NCBI GenBank assembly: GCA_001275005.1
Contig: JWZX01002573.1
Span: 1 to 35,888, forward strand
Direction of reading: 5' to 3'
Source: Chrysochromulina tobinii
Lineage: Eukaryota
DNA length: 35,888 nt
This document shows positions 29,874 to 35,888 of the stretch, in pieces. How positions within the stretch are numbered: position 1 is the first letter of the stretch; the number at the start of each line of letters is the position of its first letter. The position numbers and the translations under genes were made by a program. The notes under the pieces were generated by a model that made no database searches, was not told the DNA's origin, and worked only from the letters and a program-made list of their open reading frames with translations.

Positions 29874-30809
29874 ATGAGGACCCTATCACGCCAAGCAACA
29901 ATTCTGCACTCCACGCTCGCACTCAGCAGCGTGTTTCTACCTCCGCTACCTTCCTCGGCTCAAGAGCCAACTGCTGAGCAAGTAGCCGTGGCGAAACGTG
30001 CCTTTCAGGCCTTTGACGCGAAGCAGCTGCCCTTGGCCGATGCTCTCTTCACACAAACGATCGATGCATGGCGAGAGCTCGACCGCGGCGTCGAGGAGAT
30101 GACGGCGCTGCTCGTAGCCAGAGCAGGTGTGCGAACAGACCTCACGGCATTTGTTGACGCGAAGCGCGACCTTGACGAGGCCATCTTGCTCATGTCGCGG
30201 AGTGGCGAGGCCTTCAACGGCATGGCCCGATACCGTGAATACCCGGACGCGTTCGTTCAGCGCGGGCTGGCGAGGGAGGGCCTGCGCGACTGGGCCGGTG
30301 CCGTGGCCGACTACGATAAGGCGGTGCAGCTTTGGGGCGGTACTGGCGATGGCGTCAACCCGTTCGCTCTTTCGTATCGTGGCCGAGCGCGGGCGGAGAC
30401 GGGCGACTACGAAGGCGCGCTCGAAGATTTCAGCACCGCCGCCAACGTGTTTGCGCGCGTGGACAAGAATGATAACCAGGCGGCCGCGGCGCGCGCGAAC
30501 ATGGCAGTGACGCTGTACGGCCTGGGCCGCAAGGACGAGGCGGTGAAGATCGCCAAGCAGGTGATCACTCGCACGCCTGGCTTTACAGACCTGCACGTAA
30601 TGCTAGCCGCCGACTCGTGGGACCGCGGCGATCGCACCTATGCGCTCCAGCGGTGGGAGTTTGCGTGCTCCAATATCTCGAGCGGCTGCAAGGCTTATCG
30701 GGACGTAGCACCAGGCGGTTGGCTCGAGGAAGTGAGGCGATGGCCACCCAACCTGGTGCAGCTGCAACGGAATTTCCTGGCGAAGACGCCGGCCGTACCA
30801 GTCGAATGA
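29874..30809 (+). CDS. TPR-repeat protein of cyanobacterial/plastid type, probably lumen-targeted; 5' exon may be missing
   Basis: Successive TPRs (AFVQRGLAREGLRDWAGAVADYDKAV; ALSYRGRARAETGDYEGALEDF), C-terminal WLEEVRRWPP, and hydrophobic N-terminus ending PSSA. Confidence 0.8.
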   Translation: MRTLSRQATILHSTLALSSVFLPPLPSSAQEPTAEQVAVAKRAFQAFDAKQLPLADALFTQTIDAWRELDRGVEEMTALLVARAGVRTDLTAFVDAKRDLDEAILLMSRSGEAFNGMARYREYPDAFVQRGLAREGLRDWAGAVADYDKAVQLWGGTGDGVNPFALSYRGRARAETGDYEGALEDFSTAANVFARVDKNDNQAAAARANMAVTLYGLGRKDEAVKIAKQVITRTPGFTDLHVMLAADSWDRGDRTYALQRWEFACSNISSGCKAYRDVAPGGWLEEVRRWPPNLVQLQRNFLAKTPAVPVE

Positions 30810-31044
30810 GAGTGCGCCTCGTGCCTTCAGCAGTTCTTGTTAGAGATTGCGTTGTGCAGGGCGGCATCCGGCCTTTGTGCGCCTCTGGTCGGTTCGGTGC
30901 TGAAGATCGAATAAAATTGGTAAGTCGTGAAGACACATGTATCATGCAGATAGCTCATTCGCGTCTTCTCCCGCCGCTAAAACCCCGCTATCGCCTATCC
31001 GGTCCTGTAGGTGTAGCGCTGTACGGTACTTGTACGGCGCCGAC

Positions 31045-31142
31045 GCCCATCTCACGTCACACGTGCGCGTTGTGTTGAACAGCACCAGCAGCCCATCTCG
31101 TGCGCGTTGTGTTGAACAGCAGCAGCAGCCCATCTCACGTCA
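31045..31142. repeat. Two ~37-nt tandem copies flanked by gcccatctcacgtca
   Basis: gtgcgcgttgtgttgaacagca(c/g)cagcagcccatctc x2 between convergent genes. Confidence 0.75.
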
Positions 31143-31372
31143 GTACCAGTACTCAAAGAGTCTTCTCCTCGTGTATCTATCCCAAGCCCACACGCGGCGC
31201 ATGCCAACATCCGCTCCTGCACGCTGCCGCGTCCCCGAGCAGCGCCACGTCATACCATTGAAGCCAGGTGGGGCATCGTACCATTGAAGCCCTGTACAAG
31301 CTTCTATGCGGCCCTCTGTCATCTTAGGAGTGGCCGCCTCTTGATGTGGCTCAGTTAGACCCATGCTTTCTT

Positions 31373-34300
31373 TCAGCTCCTCATTGATTTGGCGAGCTCG
31401 CTAAGGATCGCAAACAGGAGCGAGAGCGACTCGACGATGGCCTCGCCGCAGCAGGTGGCGCAATATGCGCTCGCGAATAGCATGGGTAGTCCCTTATTTG
31501 CGAGGATGAGTGTCGGCTCAAACAATACAAACCGTTGGAAGCAGGAGAGGAGCCACGCAAAGATGAGCGCGTCCGGATTGCCAGCTTGCCTCACCAGCGT
31601 GATCGTGCGCCCGCCAGCACCGCCATCTTCCTCACCCTGATCCTCGTCGTTATTCTCATCACCCGGCCGAACGCGCTTCTGCGTGAGACGCCGGCCCGAC
31701 TCGCCGCCTCCCTCGCCCTCATATATATATGGCTCGAAGAGCTGACAGCCGTACAAGAAGATGGTGAAGCACATGGCCCCGAACAGCGTGAACGACAGGG
31801 TCCAGCCGAGGAGGATTTTCCTCACGATGGCCCAATTCTTCATCTTCCAGTTGTACGTGAGCGACGCCTTGAGCAGCCCGTCGCTGAGGCTCGCATAAGA
31901 GAATGTCCTCGGCTGCGTGGCCAGGCGAGTCTGGCTGGAAGCGGATGAAGAGACCAACGAAAGCACCTTCGGAGGCCTGTGCATGGAGACGGTTTGCGGT
32001 GGCGACGGGGGCGGCGACAGGGGTACGTCACCTTGTGGCATGCCCGTAGGCGACGGAGACGAGATGGGCTCGGGGAGAATCGGAGGCGAGGGCGGTGGCG
32101 AGACCATAGATGGCCCCATCCTCATTTGCTCGGCGGTGAGGGTGGCTGGGTGAACGATCGCCAACACGGCAATCTCGATGCCAGTGACCTTCATGAGCAT
32201 TTCGCTCGCGCTGCTCGCGCTGCTCGTCGCGTCGGCCATCTTCGACAGCACTGAGGTCGCGGTCGCCGTGGGCGTGCGGATCTTGGCGTCGACGATGACG
32301 CTGCCTGACGTGACGGTCACCTCCACCGCCGATGGCTGGACACCCGCCTGGGCGGCGATTGCAGAAGCTATCTCGGTTTGCACGCTCGAGGCGAACGTGG
32401 AGATGTCGCCGGCACATTTGAGGGTGAATGAGATGACCCTCATCGCTGGCGGAGGTGGGGAGGCGAGAGCGCTGTCCTCGACCTTGAGCACCCGCTCGGA
32501 TGTAGTGGCAGTGTCGTGGTCGAAAACGAGCACATAATCGGACGTGTTGGCCTCGGGCACGATGGCCTTGGGCACGATGGCCTCGACTATGGTACTGCTG
32601 CCCTGATGCTCCTCATCGGCGCGCGTGGTCTTCGCGAGCTCGCGAGGAGCAGCTCCTCGAATCTCGTCAGCAGCCTCGACGATGGCGCCCTTGACGCTCT
32701 CTTGACGAGTGCCGGCGCGTTGGCGGCGTGGGAGCCAGCTTCGCGTCGCGTCCACTTTGAGTTTCATCGGCCCGTGGCCAGCCTTTGCGATGCACTCGGA
32801 TGCCAGCTTCGCATCCTGCACAGGGACCCCGTCGACACCGACGATGCGCATTCCGGCGACTAGCGGCGGCACACTGCGTGCGGCCGGCGTGTCGGGCCGG
32901 ACGCGGACGACGCTGATACGGTGTCCTCTGGATTGTTGCAGGTCGAGCCCGATAGGCCCTTCGCCCTCCTTGACAATGATGCAAGTATCGACAGCGACGC
33001 TTGGGCGATTGCAGAGGTGCACCAAGAAGCGCTTCCAGATGAGCCAATACGGCCAGCACAAGATCAGCCACAGCAGATTTTTGCCCACGTTCACTAGGAT
33101 GATTGGGTCAAAGACCCATCCGAAGATGAGACCCATCGGAATGCAGATGATGGCCGCCACGGTGGCCGAGATGATGATGGCCACCGGGTTGATCACGACG
33201 GCAGGTCCCGCCTCCTCCATCGGGAGACCGGTGATGTTGTCCACGGGGGGCGTCGGCGGCGACTCGTAAAAGAGGCTTAGCATGACGAGCTCGAAGGCGA
33301 AGCCGTTGAACAGCATCATCATCGTCTGGGCGCGTGTGAAGCCCGCTACACCCCGCGTGAGAAAGCCAGCGCAGAGCGAATGGTTAGCCATGCATGCGAT
33401 GCATACACGCTTCCACATCGCGTTGACGTCCTGGTGCCAGCGCTTCGTGATCACCTCGACCTGCAGATGAGCGTGCTGCTTGGCCTGAGCTCGCTTCCAA
33501 CGCCGCTGAATGGCCGTGGCAGCATGGCTTTCGTCGATGGTGGTGCGCGTGTTCCTGGCGCCCGTGCTGCTCGGGATCGCGTCGAAGACCGCATCTGGGC
33601 CCTCGAGCACCGACAAGCTGTCGCCGCCGCCGCGTTCGCCGCCGCTGCTGCCCTCTGTTTGACCTTGCTCCTGGATTGAAGTGTGCGAGTGAGTAAAGGG
33701 TTGGATTGGGATCCGCGAGTTTATGAAGGTGGCCTCCGCCGCAGCACGTCGCGCCTCCCTGACCTCCTCCCTGACCTCTTCCATGGTCCTCGTGAACGTT
33801 GTCGTCTGGGTCGTCACATCATCCATGGCCGTCGTCAGCATGGCCACATCACCCGCGGGTCGCAACGGCGGTGGCGAGGCGTTTGCGGACGAAGGCCGAG
33901 CGGCATATGTATGGTGTACAAGTATCTGTACTGGCATCACCCTGGACGAGCTCATCTTAGGCAAGAGCCGTCGGCACATCTGAGAGAAGAGTCGTCGGCA
34001 CATCTGAGACAAGAGCGGTCGAGCGGACCAGGCCTCGGCTCGCTGCTGCTGCTGCTGCTGCTTCTGACCCGCGAGGAGTGCGAGCGTCTTGTGCGCCTCG
34101 CGCCGGTCGTTGCGCACCGCGTAGATTAGCGTCACGATGAGCATGGTCATCAGACCAATGAAGCAGTCCCAGATGGGGCGCACCGTGCGCCACGACCTCG
34201 CTGGGTCAATCGCGCACTCAAGGGCACGCGATTCGAGCCTGTTGAACGCGACCGCCGACAGCGCGGTCTCGCGCAACTGCTCAACCGTCGTCGGAAACTC

Positions 34301-35888
34301 GAAGGCGATGAACTCGGTCAGGTGCAAGCACGAGCAGCCTATGGAGCCCTCGTCGTCCATCGTCGTCATGCAGCCGTCGGTCGACCAGCTGCTGTTGGTC
34401 TCATTCCAGAAGCGGCACTCGACGGTCGTGGCGCACGCCCTCGCCGCGTCCGACGACGGGTCGGGTGCGCCCACGCACGGCGGTCGGCCCCTGACCGCGG
34501 CTAGCGACTGGTACGCCAAGCTGATGTTGATCGGCATGGCTAGGTCCTCCACGACAAGTTCAATGCCCTGCTGCATGAGCTTGAAGGAGATGGACGGGCC
34601 GGCCGCCATGCCGTTGCCCACATTGCCGTCAAGATCGCCGCCACCACCGCTAGCGGCGCGCGGGCCGCAGTCCTCGCAGTCGGTGCCGTAGGTGCAGTCC
34701 AGAAAATACTCGGCGCCGGCGCCGCCGTCGTCGCACTCGGCGTCGGATGCGAAGGTGCACGTGTCCGAGCAGAGCGGAGGCTCTGTGGGCGCGCTCTCGC
34801 TCATGAGCCGACGGCGGAGGCTTCGGCGGCGGCCCTCAGCGGCACCGTTTCCGAACAACCCGCCGTGCAGGTTGACCCGCGAGGCGTAGAGGACGGCCAC
34901 CACCGGGTGAGATGCATCCATCCCAGGAATGCCGCTCATCAGGTCGGCGGGCATCGTGACAGAGGCAGCGACGCCCGTGCTGGCGTCGCACTCGATTGGC
35001 ATCGTTGCGAGGGCGACTGACGTTGCGCAGGTTGATGCTCATGTTCAGGTTGGGCGAGGAAAGCAGCACGGGCTCCGCGATGCCATAAGAGCCATTCGAA
35101 ATGACATCGGACGGCGCTGCCGCCAGGGCGCCCACGGTGGCGGCGCGCGCCATTTGATCGACGGCGGTGCTGATGCTCTCGGCGGCGCCTGCAGAAGAGG
35201 GGGAGCCGTCGGAGGCAGACATCAACTCCAAGAGCGAGGAGATGCCACTCGTGACCGCCTGGGCGGCGCTGGTGTCGAGCTGCTGCATGGTCGCAAGTAC
35301 CGCCCCCAGCTCGGTGGCCGCTGTCGCCGTCGCCGCTGCCAGATCCTCGGCGGCCTCGTCACTGACATCGTCGCCACCCAGGGGCAAGCTGTTGCTTCTT
35401 ACTGGCGCGAGGGTGATCGCGGTCACGATGGCCGCGTACGAGCTGGTGTTGAGAAGTGCACTTGCCAACGCTGCGTTGGCAAGGCGCGGGCTGAGCGCGT
35501 CTAATATCTGGGCGGCATGCCGAGGATCGGCCGACGTGATGGCGATCGTAAAGGTCAGCTCGACTGTGCTGCCGGAGCCCACGTCGAGCATGACGGCACT
35601 CTCGGCCACGCTTGCTGCGGTTGCGAGGCTGCTGCGCAGCTCGACACGGACCGTCGGCGTGAAGTCGGACGCGCTGCCGGCCACTTGGACGGCCGTCCTG
35701 ACGATGCTGCCGCCGCCAATGCCGACGGTGAGGGAGGCGAGCACCTCCATCAAAGGCCGCAAGGGGGGCGGCGGCAGCGAGGGAGGAGGCGGGGGCATGA
35801 CTGGAGGCGGAGGCCGAGGCGGCGGCGAGGGCGGCGGCGGCGGGCGCTGCGGACCACCCAACGGTGCGCTGGGAGGCGCCCGGGGTCT
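31373..35888 (-). CDS. 3' part of a large GPS/GAIN-domain, polycystin-1-like multi-pass membrane protein; apparent +1 frameshift at ~35015
   Basis: GPS motif CRFWNETNSSWSTDGC...CSCLHLTEF followed by a TM helix, PKD1-like FTRAQ...LFY, an IQ-like motif, a PDZ-like domain, two SEA-like modules, poly-Pro linkers and a Cys-rich CDDGG...GTDCEDCG module. The upstream frame is open to the right edge. Confidence 0.8.

Noticed and set aside
1..35888. Autonomous transposon, viral insert, tRNA or rRNA genes
   Set aside because: No transposase, RT, integrase, capsid or structural RNA signature recognised by eye; any enzyme behind the repeat introns is not evident in this window.

Overview
This is a GC-rich, gene-dense eukaryotic nuclear region with spliceosomal introns. 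It is most consistent with a haptophyte alga such as Chrysochromulina or Emiliania (inferred from signal-plus-transit plastid presequences, a GC-AG intron and 10-nt intronic repeats). About 15 protein genes are readable: UAP56/SUB2 helicase, a DMT-type transporter, a coiled-coil protein, plastid signal peptidase I, a 2xRRM poly-Q protein, a DUF4795-like coiled-coil protein, a sulfotransferase-like protein, plastid PDH E2, a poly-Q protein with four repeated helical modules, a FAD2-like desaturase, a secreted GH32/clan GH-J-like protein, an SCP2-domain protein, a SENP8-like protease, a plastid TPR protein and a partial GPS/polycystin-like receptor. Many genes sit in tight head-to-head pairs. 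The most striking signal is a family of seven introns carrying strand-oriented ~10-13-nt CTGA-core repeats with shared terminal motifs. Most sit at AG|GT sites, and three begin with a decayed 8-27-nt copy of the next exon's start, which suggests intron creation by duplication plus repeat filler. Three genes carry apparent frameshifts that may be sequencing errors. All family calls come from motif recognition by eye; no database searches were run.
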